This document shows, piece by piece, positions 19,230 through 29,457 of a stretch of 64,000 nucleotides of DNA; positions within the stretch are counted from its first letter, which is position 1, and every line of letters starts with the position of its first letter. This DNA comes from Thermoplasmatota archaeon. Its GTDB lineage: Archaea > Thermoplasmatota > Thermoplasmata > UBA10834. The position numbers and the translations under genes were made by a program. The notes below the pieces were generated by a model, which worked only from the letters and a program-made list of their open reading frames with translations, was not told the DNA's origin and made no database searches. The stretch lies in assembly GCA_018818785.1 (NCBI GenBank), contig JAHIRF010000002.1, positions 67,122 through 131,121 of the forward strand, in the 5' to 3' direction.

Positions 19230-20228
19230 CTATTCTTCCATTATGGCATCGATCACGGAATCGGTGAATGCCTCAGAGTCTTTCGTTCCTCCAATGTCCA
19301 TGGTAAGGTTAGCGGAGGAATAAGCGCTCTGGACTGCCTTCTGCATAGAATCGCTTTCTCTGACCATTCCCAGATGTCTCAGCATCATCGCGGATGCGAG
19401 AATGGCTGCAGTCGGATTCGCAATCCCTTTCCCCGAGATGTCCGGGGCCGAGCCATGACACGGTTCGAAGACCGAATGAGCAGTCCCGATGTTTCCAGAT
19501 GGTGCGAATCCAAGGCCGCCGACCATTCCAGCTGCGACATCCGATAAGATGTCTCCGTAGAGATTCAGGGTGACTATGACCTCGAACCTCGAGGGATCGG
19601 TCACTAGGCTCATAGCAGCGGAATCGACGAGTTGTTCACTTGTCTCGATGTCTCCCTGGAAGTCCTTTGAGATCTCCCGGAATATTTCCAGGAAGAGTCC
19701 GTCTGATTTGCGGAGAACATTTGCCTTGTGAACGCAGCATATCCGTCTCTTCTTCCACGACTGGGACCGATCGAATGCGAATCTCACAATCCTTTCGCAC
19801 GCGTGGCGGGACACCCTTCTAAACGTCGTCACGCCGTCGAGGTCGACGGCCTCGTCCTGGGTATACATCCCCTCCGTGTTCTCTCTCACTATGATGAGAT
19901 CCATGTATGGCTTGCCTAGCAGCGGGAGCAGGCTCCTGATAGGCCGGACATTGGCGAAGAGGTCCAGTTCCTTACGGAATCGCAGGACCGGGGACTTGTA
20001 TTCTTCATCAGTTGATGATGTGACCGCACCGAAGAGGCAGCTGTCCGCGCCCTTCATCTGTTGAATGGTCTCATCTGTGATTGGATATCCCGTTCTCTCG
20101 AACTCCCCGAGGCCGATGTGCGCATATTTGAATTCCAGTTCATCTGTCACAGATCGGAGCACCCGGACGGCCGACTCTATCACTTCAGGTCCGATACCAT
20201 CGCCCGGGAGGACGCAGATGCGCTTCAT
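19230..20228 (-). CDS. Isocitrate/isopropylmalate/homoisocitrate dehydrogenase family
   Basis: PGDGIGPEV, RENTEG, HKANV, NLYGDILSD, EPCHGSAPDI; substrate not resolvable. Confidence 0.92.
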   Translation of the reverse strand: MKRICVLPGDGIGPEVIESAVRVLRSVTDELEFKYAHIGLGEFERTGYPITDETIQQMKGADSCLFGAVTSSTDEEYKSPVLRFRKELDLFANVRPIRSLLPLLGKPYMDLIIVRENTEGMYTQDEAVDLDGVTTFRRVSRHACERIVRFAFDRSQSWKKRRICCVHKANVLRKSDGLFLEIFREISKDFQGDIETSEQLVDSAAMSLVTDPSRFEVIVTLNLYGDILSDVAAGMVGGLGFAPSGNIGTAHSVFEPCHGSAPDISGKGIANPTAAILASAMMLRHLGMVRESDSMQKAVQSAYSSANLTMDIGGTKDSEAFTDSVIDAIMEE

Positions 20229-20235
20229 GGAAGTC

Positions 20236-21303
20236 TCATTCTTGGACTAGCTTGGCGAAATCGACAAAATGCTTCTCGACCCTGGCGATCCTCTTCCTGC
20301 TGTCGTGGATGTCCTTATCCATCCTTGCGGTCATCTCCTTCATCTCAGCGACCAGACTCTCAGCCTCCTTCTCCAAGGACACGATCTTGGATTCGTGGGA
20401 GAATGCCTTGGACGTATGCTCCTCTATCCGAATCTCGAGATCCGCTTGACGTTCCTTTTCTGCGGTCTTTGAGAAATAGCTTTCGACCTTCGAGTTGAGC
20501 ATGGTCAATATGTTAGAAACCTTCTCGAGCTGTTTCTCGAGCCGATCGACGCGGTCAGTCATGTCGATGAGCTTGTCGGAGGGGTCGGGTGACTGGGCGA
20601 CCTTCTCAACCTCGAACATCCTGGTCTCGATCATCTCGAGCTTGTTCTCGACGGCTGCGACGTTCTTGATGCTTTCCAATATGCGGTCGAGGACCTCCCT
20701 ATCTGGGAATTCTATAACGACGTTCTCGGAGCCGGGTGCGTACGCCTTCATCGATTGCAGGTTCGCAATCGCATCGACAGTCGGGAATCCTCCTCGAACT
20801 CGTCCCTCGAGGTTCTTGATGGTGGTGAGGATCTCATTACCTGACTTGCTCAGCCAAGGGTTCGCCTTGATCATCTTCGTTATGTTCTCCATGACTCCTT
20901 CGAGTTCTGCACCGGCCCGTGCAAGGTTCGACTTGTCGAGAAGACGGAGGTCCCTCAGCGCGTCACGTTTTCCTCGCTTGCCCCAGTCACCCAAGGACCT
21001 GCCTTCGAACGGATAGAATCCTGCAAAATGATCCACTCCTTTAACGATCATGTCCTGGACTTCATCCCATCCCTTTTCGTCAGCGCTCAAGGTGAGCTCC
21101 TGGGCAGAGTTGAAAATCATGCATATGCAGTTGTTCGGGAGGATGTATGTCCGGATTGCATACGGCGCATCCTGGGCGAACCTTGGATATGTCGATGGCT
21201 TCTTCTCCTCGATGATGTCCATATATGCTTTAAAGTACTCTCTTGCAAATGCAACCAGATCCTGGGTAACGGGAATTCCCGGACCACCTTCGTTTGGACT
21301 CAT
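20236..21303 (-). CDS. Hypothetical protein with C-terminal coiled coil
   Basis: 355-aa ORF co-oriented with neighbours; heptad-rich C-terminal third. Confidence 0.8.
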   Translation of the reverse strand: MSPNEGGPGIPVTQDLVAFAREYFKAYMDIIEEKKPSTYPRFAQDAPYAIRTYILPNNCICMIFNSAQELTLSADEKGWDEVQDMIVKGVDHFAGFYPFEGRSLGDWGKRGKRDALRDLRLLDKSNLARAGAELEGVMENITKMIKANPWLSKSGNEILTTIKNLEGRVRGGFPTVDAIANLQSMKAYAPGSENVVIEFPDREVLDRILESIKNVAAVENKLEMIETRMFEVEKVAQSPDPSDKLIDMTDRVDRLEKQLEKVSNILTMLNSKVESYFSKTAEKERQADLEIRIEEHTSKAFSHESKIVSLEKEAESLVAEMKEMTARMDKDIHDSRKRIARVEKHFVDFAKLVQE

Positions 21304-21343
21304 TTTTAGCGCTCCCCTGCATAGGTAACCATACTGAACACTA

Positions 21344-22297
21344 TTAATCTCTTGCTGGCCTGTTTGCTCGCAACATTGACACGCCGATGATAGGCATGGT
21401 TATGGTCGCATCACCCTCCACGGTGACGTATTTTGCGGATTCTTTTACCTTTCCCCAGCTGACCGCCTCGCGTATCCTGGCTCCGGATAATGAACCGTCA
21501 TATTCCTCTGCGGTCGTCAGGTAGACGGCATAATCGAGTCCGCCCCTGAACTGGTTCCACCATATGACATGGTGCTTCGATATGCCACCGCCGATCATCA
21601 GAGCACCCGCCTTCTTGGAGGTGAATACTATGTCCGACAATTCCTGTTCGTCCTTCAGGACATCGACGGTAAAATCAGGGTGCTGCTGTCTGAACAGCCA
21701 GAGCTGGGCACCGAATGCGCCATCCGTTATGCCAGGTATGTATATGGGTATTTGGTTCCTCGACGCCCAGTACAGTATCGAATTCTTGTCCTCTATGCGG
21801 TGGCCGAACTCCTCCGCGAGCTGGCGGCTGGACATGACCTTCTTGCCCGACTTATATAAGTCTCTCAAAATTGGCTGCATCTTCCGTTCGAGGACTATAC
21901 CATAGCTTTCGTTCGGTATCAGGATGTTGCCCAGTCTGTTGATTCCTTTCTTATGAAGGTCTGCATCATCCATGAGGAAATCGCCGTGATAGTACCTCTT
22001 CCAGACGCGGGCGAGATCGTGGTCGAGTGTGCCGCACGTTGTTATGATCACATCGACCAGCTTCTCCTCTACCAGCTTCTTTATTACCCCTCTCGTGCCG
22101 GTCGATATTATGCATGCTGGGAACGACAGGAATATCGTGCAATTCTTCTCCTTCAGCATGCTGCGCAATATCTCACATGCCTGACCAAGCTTCTTTGCGG
22201 TGAATCCGCCTGACGCAAACATCTGAGATGTCAGTTCGTTCACGCTCATCTCGGGCGTGATGTCCATGTCGGTTATTGGTTTCAGTTTTGTGCGCAT
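21344..22297 (-). CDS. dys: Deoxyhypusine synthase
   Basis: GGFTA, INRLGNI, TDGAFG, IGGGISKHH, DGSLSGA..EAVSWGK. Confidence 0.95.
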   Translation of the reverse strand: MRTKLKPITDMDITPEMSVNELTSQMFASGGFTAKKLGQACEILRSMLKEKNCTIFLSFPACIISTGTRGVIKKLVEEKLVDVIITTCGTLDHDLARVWKRYYHGDFLMDDADLHKKGINRLGNILIPNESYGIVLERKMQPILRDLYKSGKKVMSSRQLAEEFGHRIEDKNSILYWASRNQIPIYIPGITDGAFGAQLWLFRQQHPDFTVDVLKDEQELSDIVFTSKKAGALMIGGGISKHHVIWWNQFRGGLDYAVYLTTAEEYDGSLSGARIREAVSWGKVKESAKYVTVEGDATITMPIIGVSMLRANRPARD

Positions 22298-22381
22298 TGC
22301 CTTTACGCTCCCGATTTTCAGAGGTGATAAAGCCTGAAGAAAAGATTTATAGCTTTCCTGCCGTTGGATGGTTCCGATACT

Positions 22382-22879
22382 ATGGTCACGGTCAGGGAAG
22401 TGATGAGCTCACCAGTCATGAGCCTCTCACCCGATGCACTTGTCAAGGATGCTGCCGCCAAGCTCGCGGAATCGAACGTATCTGGCGCTCCTGTAGTCAG
22501 CGAAGGAGTTGTACTGGGAATCTTCAGCGAAGTCGATGTGCTCAAATCGATAAAGACGACGAAGAAGGATATGAGGCTGATATTCCCATCTATCTCGACG
22601 CTCGGCATCGCATTCCAGGAAGAAGTGACTCAGAGGGAGATCATCGACGCTTACGAGGAGATTGGGAACATGCAGGTGAAGGATATCATGTCCAAAGATG
22701 TCTTCACCGTTGCACCTGACATCACGATCAATGAGGCGATCATGAAGATGGTGCAGAATAGGATCAACCGGCTGCCTGTCGTCCAGGGCAGAAACCTTGT
22801 CGGCATAGTCACGCGCGGAGACATCATACGGGGGCTCGCGCGCGAGCAAGCGAGTAACAACAAACCTGGTACGGCATGA
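22382..22879 (+). CDS. CBS domain pair protein
   Basis: VREVMS, SGAPVV, NRLPVV, GIVTRGD. Confidence 0.9.
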   Translation: MVTVREVMSSPVMSLSPDALVKDAAAKLAESNVSGAPVVSEGVVLGIFSEVDVLKSIKTTKKDMRLIFPSISTLGIAFQEEVTQREIIDAYEEIGNMQVKDIMSKDVFTVAPDITINEAIMKMVQNRINRLPVVQGRNLVGIVTRGDIIRGLAREQASNNKPGTA

Positions 22880-22914
22880 TCCATTGGGGTAACCCTCTGC
22901 AAACGGTGGTATGG

Positions 22915-24468
22915 TCACCGTTTGAGGATATTCGTGAGTGTGCGCCTCTCCCTGTTGTTCTCTTCCGACGGGCTCTTCTGGGTGTCATTCCTGGATGAAG
23001 AGACTGGTTTCTCGATTGGATTCATGTCGGTTGACTGTCCTTGCTGTTCGATGGCATGGGCTATGGTGAATGAGTGACCGCATCTGTTACATTTTTGAAT
23101 GCCGTCTGGATGAGCATATAGTTCCTCTTCTCCGCACTTTCCACACTTGGCCCCTTCGACCTTCTTGGCGACCCCAAGCTCGATGCGTTTATTGTCAAGA
23201 TCCGATTTTACATGACCGGAGACTTGTTTGAGCCTTCTAGTGTACTTAGCCGCGGCGACAAAGTCTTTCCCATTGAGCGCAGTCTGGGCGCTTCTCACGA
23301 AGAGCAACCCCTGCTGTACTTCGAGTCCGTACGACGCAGCCTCTTCTAGCGCAGGCCCCATGTTCTCGATGGTAGATGTGATCTTATCTACCTGGCGTGT
23401 TCGAACGGAATTGTCTCTCATTCGTTCAAGATGGGCCTGGTCAGCCGTTTTCTCGATCGCAGAGAGAAGGTCGATGGCCTTCTTGAACGCCTGCTTTTCC
23501 AGCGCCTCCTTCGCTTGCTCCAACTCCTTTTCACCCATGCTTGGAGTTGCTCCCACCTCCCTGGCCTCCTCAAGTGCGGCTTTGACAAATCCCAGCGTTT
23601 CTTCGATCTCCTTTGCTCTGACTAGTTTTGCCTTCTCGGCCATCTCCCTTGCCTGTGTCACGAGTGTGCCGTATTCGGAGATGTTATACGCCTGCCTCGC
23701 CTCCTCCGCTATGTCAAGAATGCGACATGATTCACTCACTTGGGTCCCGAACGATTCGTAATCTGCCAACATTGTCCGCAATTCCGCGGCAGCTGAAATG
23801 CTCCCCTTGAAGAACGCCTCATATGCATTTGCTGCAAGCTTTTCGAGTTCCTCCAAGGTCTCCTCCCTTCGCCTGGGACTACCCTCTATGAATGCGTTCT
23901 TAGCCTCGGCAAGCGCTGTCTTGATTCGGTGGTCGATTGGCTTCCCCTGTGCTTTAGTAAGGTCACTCAGGATGCTCTCGGCCGCTCTTATCGAAAGTGC
24001 TGCCGTATATAACTGGAATGAGCTGAACCTATCGAGCATCTTGGTCCGTGCATCCTGACTCATCTTCAGCACCTCTTGGTAGTCCCCCATCATCATTCGG
24101 GTCCACGCGGTCTCGATCTGTGAATCTACCTCGAAGAATGATGGTCGCATCAAGAGCGTCTGATCTATGTTCCTCTCTACATCGATGTTCTGCTGCTTAG
24201 GTAGTTCTGAAATCTTGGAGGATTTCTCAGCGATCTCCTCTATCTCATTCTCGAGTCGTTCCTCCTCGGATTGTTGGTGCACTGACTGTTCCTCTGACTT
24301 CCCAAGGGCTCTATCCACCTGCTCCCCGGTTAAATTGGCGGCAATGACGACGACAAGAAAATCCTTCTTGTGTTTGCATGAAGATATGTCGAGGCTGTAT
24401 TCCTGAGCGATTCGCTTAAGCTTCGAAATCGTGAGATTCTCTAAACGGGGGGATACGTTGTCGACCAT
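22915..24468 (-). CDS. Hypothetical helical protein with N-terminal HeH/Rho-N-like motif and C-terminal zinc ribbon
   Basis: LENLTISKLKRIAQEYSLDIS..KHKKDFL; CGKC...CNRC. Confidence 0.75.
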   Translation of the reverse strand: MVDNVSPRLENLTISKLKRIAQEYSLDISSCKHKKDFLVVVIAANLTGEQVDRALGKSEEQSVHQQSEEERLENEIEEIAEKSSKISELPKQQNIDVERNIDQTLLMRPSFFEVDSQIETAWTRMMMGDYQEVLKMSQDARTKMLDRFSSFQLYTAALSIRAAESILSDLTKAQGKPIDHRIKTALAEAKNAFIEGSPRRREETLEELEKLAANAYEAFFKGSISAAAELRTMLADYESFGTQVSESCRILDIAEEARQAYNISEYGTLVTQAREMAEKAKLVRAKEIEETLGFVKAALEEAREVGATPSMGEKELEQAKEALEKQAFKKAIDLLSAIEKTADQAHLERMRDNSVRTRQVDKITSTIENMGPALEEAASYGLEVQQGLLFVRSAQTALNGKDFVAAAKYTRRLKQVSGHVKSDLDNKRIELGVAKKVEGAKCGKCGEEELYAHPDGIQKCNRCGHSFTIAHAIEQQGQSTDMNPIEKPVSSSRNDTQKSPSEENNRERRTLTNILKR

Positions 24469-24589
24469 CAGAATTCCTCGTGAGCTCGTCTTGCTTATCC
24501 CTATTTTTGATGATAATTGTTTCGATGGGTTCATCCTTCTGCATTACTCCAGCAAAACCTAAGTAGCGGCAGGATAATCGAGCGAGTAG

Positions 24590-25510
24590 ATGGACGTCAA
24601 TGCTGAAAAGATCTCTGCGGCCAGACTCTCCGTATACTCCAATACGTGCCTAGTTGCACTGAAGTTGGTCGTTGGAATGCTGATGCTGTCCATAAGCGTG
24701 ATTTCTGAAGCAATCCACTCTGGAATTGATCTGGTGGCCGCCATCATCGCGAGATACTCCGTGAAGAAATCAGCTGAACCTGCTGATGAGGATCATCAGT
24801 ATGGTCATGGGAAATTCGAGAATCTTTCAGGTATGATCGAAGGCGCCCTGATCTTCGTCGCCGCAGCAGTGATCATATACGAGGCCGGGAGAAGACTGTC
24901 TAAGCCTGCAGATGTCCAATATGTGGCAGCTGGAATGGTCGTCATGGGCATATCTGCGGTTCTGAACTTCTTCGTATCCAGGAAGCTAATGGAGGTCGCG
25001 AAGCGGACGGACTCTCTCGCCCTGGAGGCCGATGCATATCACCTGAAGACTGATGTATGGACGTCGGTCGGAGTGTTTGTAGCCCTGGGAATCATATTCA
25101 TAACCGGAGAGAGACTCATCGATCCAGTAATCGCTCTGATAGTGGCTCTCTTCATCATCCGTGCGGCTTATGACATAACCCGCAGATCGACGGAGGGGTT
25201 GCTCGATGTCAGTCTGCCCGACCCTGAGATTACTGCCATCGAGAAGGTAATGAACGAACATGCAACTGATTTCGTGGACTTCCACAGATTGAGGGCCAGA
25301 AAATCGGGTGCTGAACGACAGATCGACCTGCATCTGACGGTCCCTCGATATCTGAGTGTCAAGGATGGTCACGATCTTGTCGAGCATCTCGAAGCGGAGA
25401 TAAGGAAAGCGTTGCCCGGGAGCACCGCCATAATCCATATCGAGCCCTGTGACAAGGATTGCATGAAGTGCAAGCTAAAGGATGCCGAGAAGGTATTCCG
25501 AGGCGTCTGA
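24590..25510 (+). CDS. Cation diffusion facilitator family transporter
   Basis: SEAIHSGID, PADEDHQYGHGKFE, DAYHLKTD, IHIEP, C-terminal CxxxCxxC. Confidence 0.95.
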   Translation: MDVNAEKISAARLSVYSNTCLVALKLVVGMLMLSISVISEAIHSGIDLVAAIIARYSVKKSAEPADEDHQYGHGKFENLSGMIEGALIFVAAAVIIYEAGRRLSKPADVQYVAAGMVVMGISAVLNFFVSRKLMEVAKRTDSLALEADAYHLKTDVWTSVGVFVALGIIFITGERLIDPVIALIVALFIIRAAYDITRRSTEGLLDVSLPDPEITAIEKVMNEHATDFVDFHRLRARKSGAERQIDLHLTVPRYLSVKDGHDLVEHLEAEIRKALPGSTAIIHIEPCDKDCMKCKLKDAEKVFRGV

Positions 25511-25528
25511 GCCGAGGCCCGACTGCAT

Positions 25529-26104
25529 TCAGATGAATCCTCTTTCACCTAGGATTGCCTCTATCCGCCTAAAGGGTTCCTCTCCATTCTCTGAGTTGTC
25601 CACAACAGTCCACTCTTCTCCGATGAGTCTTCCCACCGTCTGCCTGACCTTATCGAGCTTATCCTTTGTCTCGAACATTTCTCGTGTGTGATCTCTCTCC
25701 TCTATCCTCCGAATGGCGATCTCGGGGTCGATGTCTATGAAGAGTGCGAGATCTGGAAAGGGGAGCATGTTTCTGAATAGACGGTAGCCGTGTGGCGCAA
25801 GTCTTCGGGGCAGGTATGCCGTCCCGAGGATGTATCTGACGAATATTACCGTGCAATCTGCCTTCTTGTTGTACCATCTCACCGAGAAGAGCACATCTAG
25901 TGTGAAGAATATCGTTGCAAGGAACCTGGCAACATGCCCTTCTCCCTGAAGGGCATTCTTGGAGGCCCTGCCCAGCCTTCCCGCCGATGGATGGGATCGA
26001 ATGACGACAATCTCGCCATTGCGTTCAATTAAGGTCTTGATACTCGACGCATGCGTGTTCTTCCCGCTTCCATCGAGTCCGTCGACTGCAATGAGTCTTT
26101 TCAG
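25529..26104 (-). CDS. tmk: Thymidylate kinase (CTG start)
   Basis: Frame of the 121-aa ORF extends upstream to LKRLIAVDGLDGSGKNTH P-loop; only CTG codons (26104, 26110) are available as starts. Confidence 0.85.
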   Translation of the reverse strand: MKRLIAVDGLDGSGKNTHASSIKTLIERNGEIVVIRSHPSAGRLGRASKNALQGEGHVARFLATIFFTLDVLFSVRWYNKKADCTVIFVRYILGTAYLPRRLAPHGYRLFRNMLPFPDLALFIDIDPEIAIRRIEERDHTREMFETKDKLDKVRQTVGRLIGEEWTVVDNSENGEEPFRRIEAILGERGFI

Positions 26105-26106
26105 TG

Positions 26107-26793
26107 TCAGACCCCCAGCATGTGCAGGTAACCTCCGACAATGAGTGGTATGACGAGGTTATCTATCTGGCCTGGTGTGATTGCCTCAAGGCAGGTGACG
26201 AGGCCTGCGGTGGACAATCCGAAAAGCACGAGCATGTCGGGCGCGCCGCCGCTCGAGTATCCGATCATCTCGAAGTAGAACAATTCAATGACGATTATGG
26301 CGATGAAAGTCGATATGAAGACCGCTGCACTCCCCTCCAGGGTCCTGTGATTGAGATATCGTCTCTTCCCGTATCTCTTGCCGATGAATTCTCCCATTCC
26401 GTCCCCGAAGGACATGGCCGCAATCGCGATGGATGCTGCGACGAGGTCTTCGAAAAGGAAGTACGCGATCAGTGTCCATGAGACCGCGTACATGACGAGG
26501 CCATAAGGATGGCCCTCTGTCGAGCGACTTCCGAGAGGACTCTCTCGGAGAAGGCGGACAGGAGATATCGGAGTGCATAATAGTAGGAGCACTGCAAAAG
26601 GTGCAGCAGCCAGGAACGCCATAATCTCTCGGGTCTCAAAGGCCCACCAGAAGAACACTATGCCTCCAGTAAGGATGTGCAGGACTTTCCTCGGGTTATG
26701 TATCCTACTTCTTGCGACCCACGTGATGATGATTATTGCGGAGACATAGCCATAGACACCCGCCAGTCCGAATAGATCGCCTTGTGTGGGCAT
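26107..26793 (-). CDS. Dolichol/phytol kinase family membrane protein
   Basis: RKVLHI, FGDGMGEFIG, RTLEGS, DNLVIP. Confidence 0.88.
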   Translation of the reverse strand: MPTQGDLFGLAGVYGYVSAIIIITWVARSRIHNPRKVLHILTGGIVFFWWAFETREIMAFLAAAPFAVLLLLCTPISPVRLLRESPLGSRSTEGHPYGLVMYAVSWTLIAYFLFEDLVAASIAIAAMSFGDGMGEFIGKRYGKRRYLNHRTLEGSAAVFISTFIAIIVIELFYFEMIGYSSGGAPDMLVLFGLSTAGLVTCLEAITPGQIDNLVIPLIVGGYLHMLGV

Positions 26794-26856
26794 GGGCACT
26801 CCCCTTATTATGACCTATATGAGCATATATGCTTTATCGGGCCGAAAGGTAATGAC

Positions 26857-28137
26857 TCAACCGATGCCCTTGATCCGTTTCAGTTCCTCCACAACTTCCT
26901 TGGCCCTATCCATGCGTATCTTGCGCTCTCTCACGATTATGTCGACGACTTCTTGCATCAACTCTGGAGGACAGTCGACACTCGCCACTATATTCCTTGC
27001 ATGAAGGGACATGTGTCCCTTCTGGATGCCGATGGTTGCGAGCGCTCTCAAAGCCGCGAGGTTCTGGGCGAGTCCGACCGCAGCTCCGATCTCAGCAAGT
27101 TCGTTAGCTCTGGTCACCGCCAGCAATCTGATGCATGCGCGAGCCGTTGGGTGAACCTTCGTCGCTCCCCCTATCAATCCAACTGCCATAGGGACCTCGA
27201 TGGTCCCACGAAGGTCACCATGCGAGGTCTTCTCGAAGACAGTCAGAGGTTTGTATGATCCTTTGAGCGAAGCATAGGCATGGACACCTGCCTCTATCGC
27301 CCTCCAATCGTTCCCCGTGGCTATCATGACGGCATCTATGCCGTTCATGATCCCTTTGTTGTGGGTCGCGCATCTGAACGGGTCGGCATCAGCGAACGAA
27401 TAGGCTTCTATGATGCCGTCGATGACATCCTCTCCGCCTATGGCTTCCTTTGACCAGATTGCTTCCGCCCTGGCCAATCTGTATATCGCGAGGTTTGATA
27501 GTATCCTGAGGTAAACCCTCCCACCGGTCAATTCCTCGGCAAGCGGAGCTACTGCTTCTGCCATAGTGTTGACGGCGTTGGCCCCCATGGCATCACGGAC
27601 ATCCACGTGCAGATGTATGATTACATTTGGACCCTTGATCGTCTGAAGAACCCTGACATCCATATCTTTGGCGCCGCCTCCGAGACTTATCAACAGGGGG
27701 TCCTGTTTGTTGGCGAGGTCGATTATGGCCGCTTTGTTGTCCAGTATCTTCTTAGCCGCCATATCGGGATCATCGATGTTGGTGATCTGAATTTGACCTA
27801 TCATGATCGGCGGAGTGCTGCTCGTGGTGAAGCCACCCTTCTCTCTCGCCATCTTTGCGGAGTTGGATGCAGCGGCCACGACCGATGGCTCCTCGATCAC
27901 CATTGGAATCATGGAATCCTTTCCATTGATGACGAAATTAGTTGCTATCCCGAGCGGCAAAGAGAAGGTACCAACGGCATTCTCGATCATCTTGTCTGCA
28001 ACTTCGATTCTGAGTCCGTTGGTCCCTGCGAGTGCATTGACTTCATCGTCGGTCAGCGTCGCGAATTCCTTCAATATCTTGAGCCTCTCTGGGATGCTCA
28101 GCTTGTAGAATCCTTCAACCCTTGATGTTCTTGCCAT
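26857..28137 (-). CDS. mvaA: HMG-CoA reductase, class II
   Basis: ENAVG, EEPSVVAAAS, DAMGANAVN, ATHNKGIMNG, GIQKGHMSLH. Confidence 0.95.
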   Translation of the reverse strand: MARTSRVEGFYKLSIPERLKILKEFATLTDDEVNALAGTNGLRIEVADKMIENAVGTFSLPLGIATNFVINGKDSMIPMVIEEPSVVAAASNSAKMAREKGGFTTSSTPPIMIGQIQITNIDDPDMAAKKILDNKAAIIDLANKQDPLLISLGGGAKDMDVRVLQTIKGPNVIIHLHVDVRDAMGANAVNTMAEAVAPLAEELTGGRVYLRILSNLAIYRLARAEAIWSKEAIGGEDVIDGIIEAYSFADADPFRCATHNKGIMNGIDAVMIATGNDWRAIEAGVHAYASLKGSYKPLTVFEKTSHGDLRGTIEVPMAVGLIGGATKVHPTARACIRLLAVTRANELAEIGAAVGLAQNLAALRALATIGIQKGHMSLHARNIVASVDCPPELMQEVVDIIVRERKIRMDRAKEVVEELKRIKGIG

Positions 28138-28256
28138 GTGGACCACTGGTGCTCTCGACAAGCGATTAACGAGTAATAACCCTTGCGCGCAATAACCCCG
28201 ATATTCAGCACGTATCTAAGAAAAGGATATATCTGCTGTGATGTCTGGGGGACCCG

Positions 28257-29183
28257 ATGAGCAAATGCTCAGCTCCTGGGAAGATAATACTCTTCGGTGA
28301 GCATGCGGTGGTATTTGGGAAGCCCGCACTAGCGTTGGCTGTCGATCTGAGAATCAAGAGCAGCGTGAGACCGGCCAGCAGCTATCTCGTGAATGGCCGG
28401 CCTATGAACGGCAGGCATCATGGCTATATCTCAGCTGCATTGGATGAAGCGTGGTCTGGTCCCCCTATTGACATAAGGACCCGATCGTGGATTCCGTCTG
28501 GATCCGGGCTCGGGTCGTCCGCAGCTGTGACCGTTGCGACGGTGGGGGCGCTCCTGTCTGAGAAGAACGCATTCGGGCTGGAATCCATTGCGCAAAGGGC
28601 ATTTCGAGTGGAATTGTCGGTGCAAGGGAGGGCGAGCCCGACGGATACCTCGGTGTCAACGAATGGTCGAGGGATTCTTATCTGCCCTGAGAAGATGGAT
28701 AATCATTTGTGGTGCATCAAGGACGGGATTCGCGTCTGGAACATTCACGATTGCGAAGTGCCTGAACTGACATTTGTCATTGGATATACGGGCACTCATG
28801 CCTTAACTGGGCCTTTGGTGAAAGGGGTCCGGAACCTGGTGGAATCGGACGCAGACGCGCGAAGATCAGTCGATTGCATAGGGGAACTGGTCTTGGACGG
28901 CATGGATGCAATGCGGAAGAATGACAAAGTCAGGGTCGGACGTCTGATGACGGAAAACAATTCGCTGCTCGTATCTTTGGGTGTCGGCCATCCAACTCTT
29001 GATTCGCTCATAGATGCTGCGTCGAGCCTTTCATATGGTGCTAAGCTGACAGGGGCAGGTGGAGGAGGAAGCATGATTGCGCTGACCGACCGACCAGCTG
29101 AAGTATGTGATGCTATTATTGATGCAGGCGGAAGACCATACTCGGTCAAGGTCGGATGCGAGGGCGTAAGAATCGAGGATTGA
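28257..29183 (+). CDS. mvk: Mevalonate kinase
   Basis: PGKIILFGEHAVV, PSGSGLGSSAA, GAKLTGAGGGG. Confidence 0.92.
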   Translation: MSKCSAPGKIILFGEHAVVFGKPALALAVDLRIKSSVRPASSYLVNGRPMNGRHHGYISAALDEAWSGPPIDIRTRSWIPSGSGLGSSAAVTVATVGALLSEKNAFGLESIAQRAFRVELSVQGRASPTDTSVSTNGRGILICPEKMDNHLWCIKDGIRVWNIHDCEVPELTFVIGYTGTHALTGPLVKGVRNLVESDADARRSVDCIGELVLDGMDAMRKNDKVRVGRLMTENNSLLVSLGVGHPTLDSLIDAASSLSYGAKLTGAGGGGSMIALTDRPAEVCDAIIDAGGRPYSVKVGCEGVRIED

Positions 29184-29255
29184 TCTTCGCGATAGTGCGG
29201 ACACATTGGGAAAACGATAATATGTCTGCGTAATGTTAGCCAGGATGGTGAGAGA

Positions 29256-29453
29256 TTGGTAGAACGCATAGGCCAGCACAAACATTGCAGAAACTGCGAG
29301 AAAGCGATTCCGTACAAAGATCTGTACTGCAATGATGGATGCGAGACGGAGTGGAAGACGAAGATGTCCAAGAAGAAGAACCAGTTGATGTACTTCTATA
29401 TCGTCATGGTCATCATAATGATATTTGCAGTTACGCTCATGTTCTTGGGGTGA
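29256..29453 (+). CDS. DUF2116-like Zn-ribbon membrane-anchored protein
   Basis: HKHCRNC...YCNDGC plus C-terminal TM helix. Confidence 0.8.
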   Translation: MVERIGQHKHCRNCEKAIPYKDLYCNDGCETEWKTKMSKKKNQLMYFYIVMVIIMIFAVTLMFLG

Positions 29454-29457
29454 GGAT

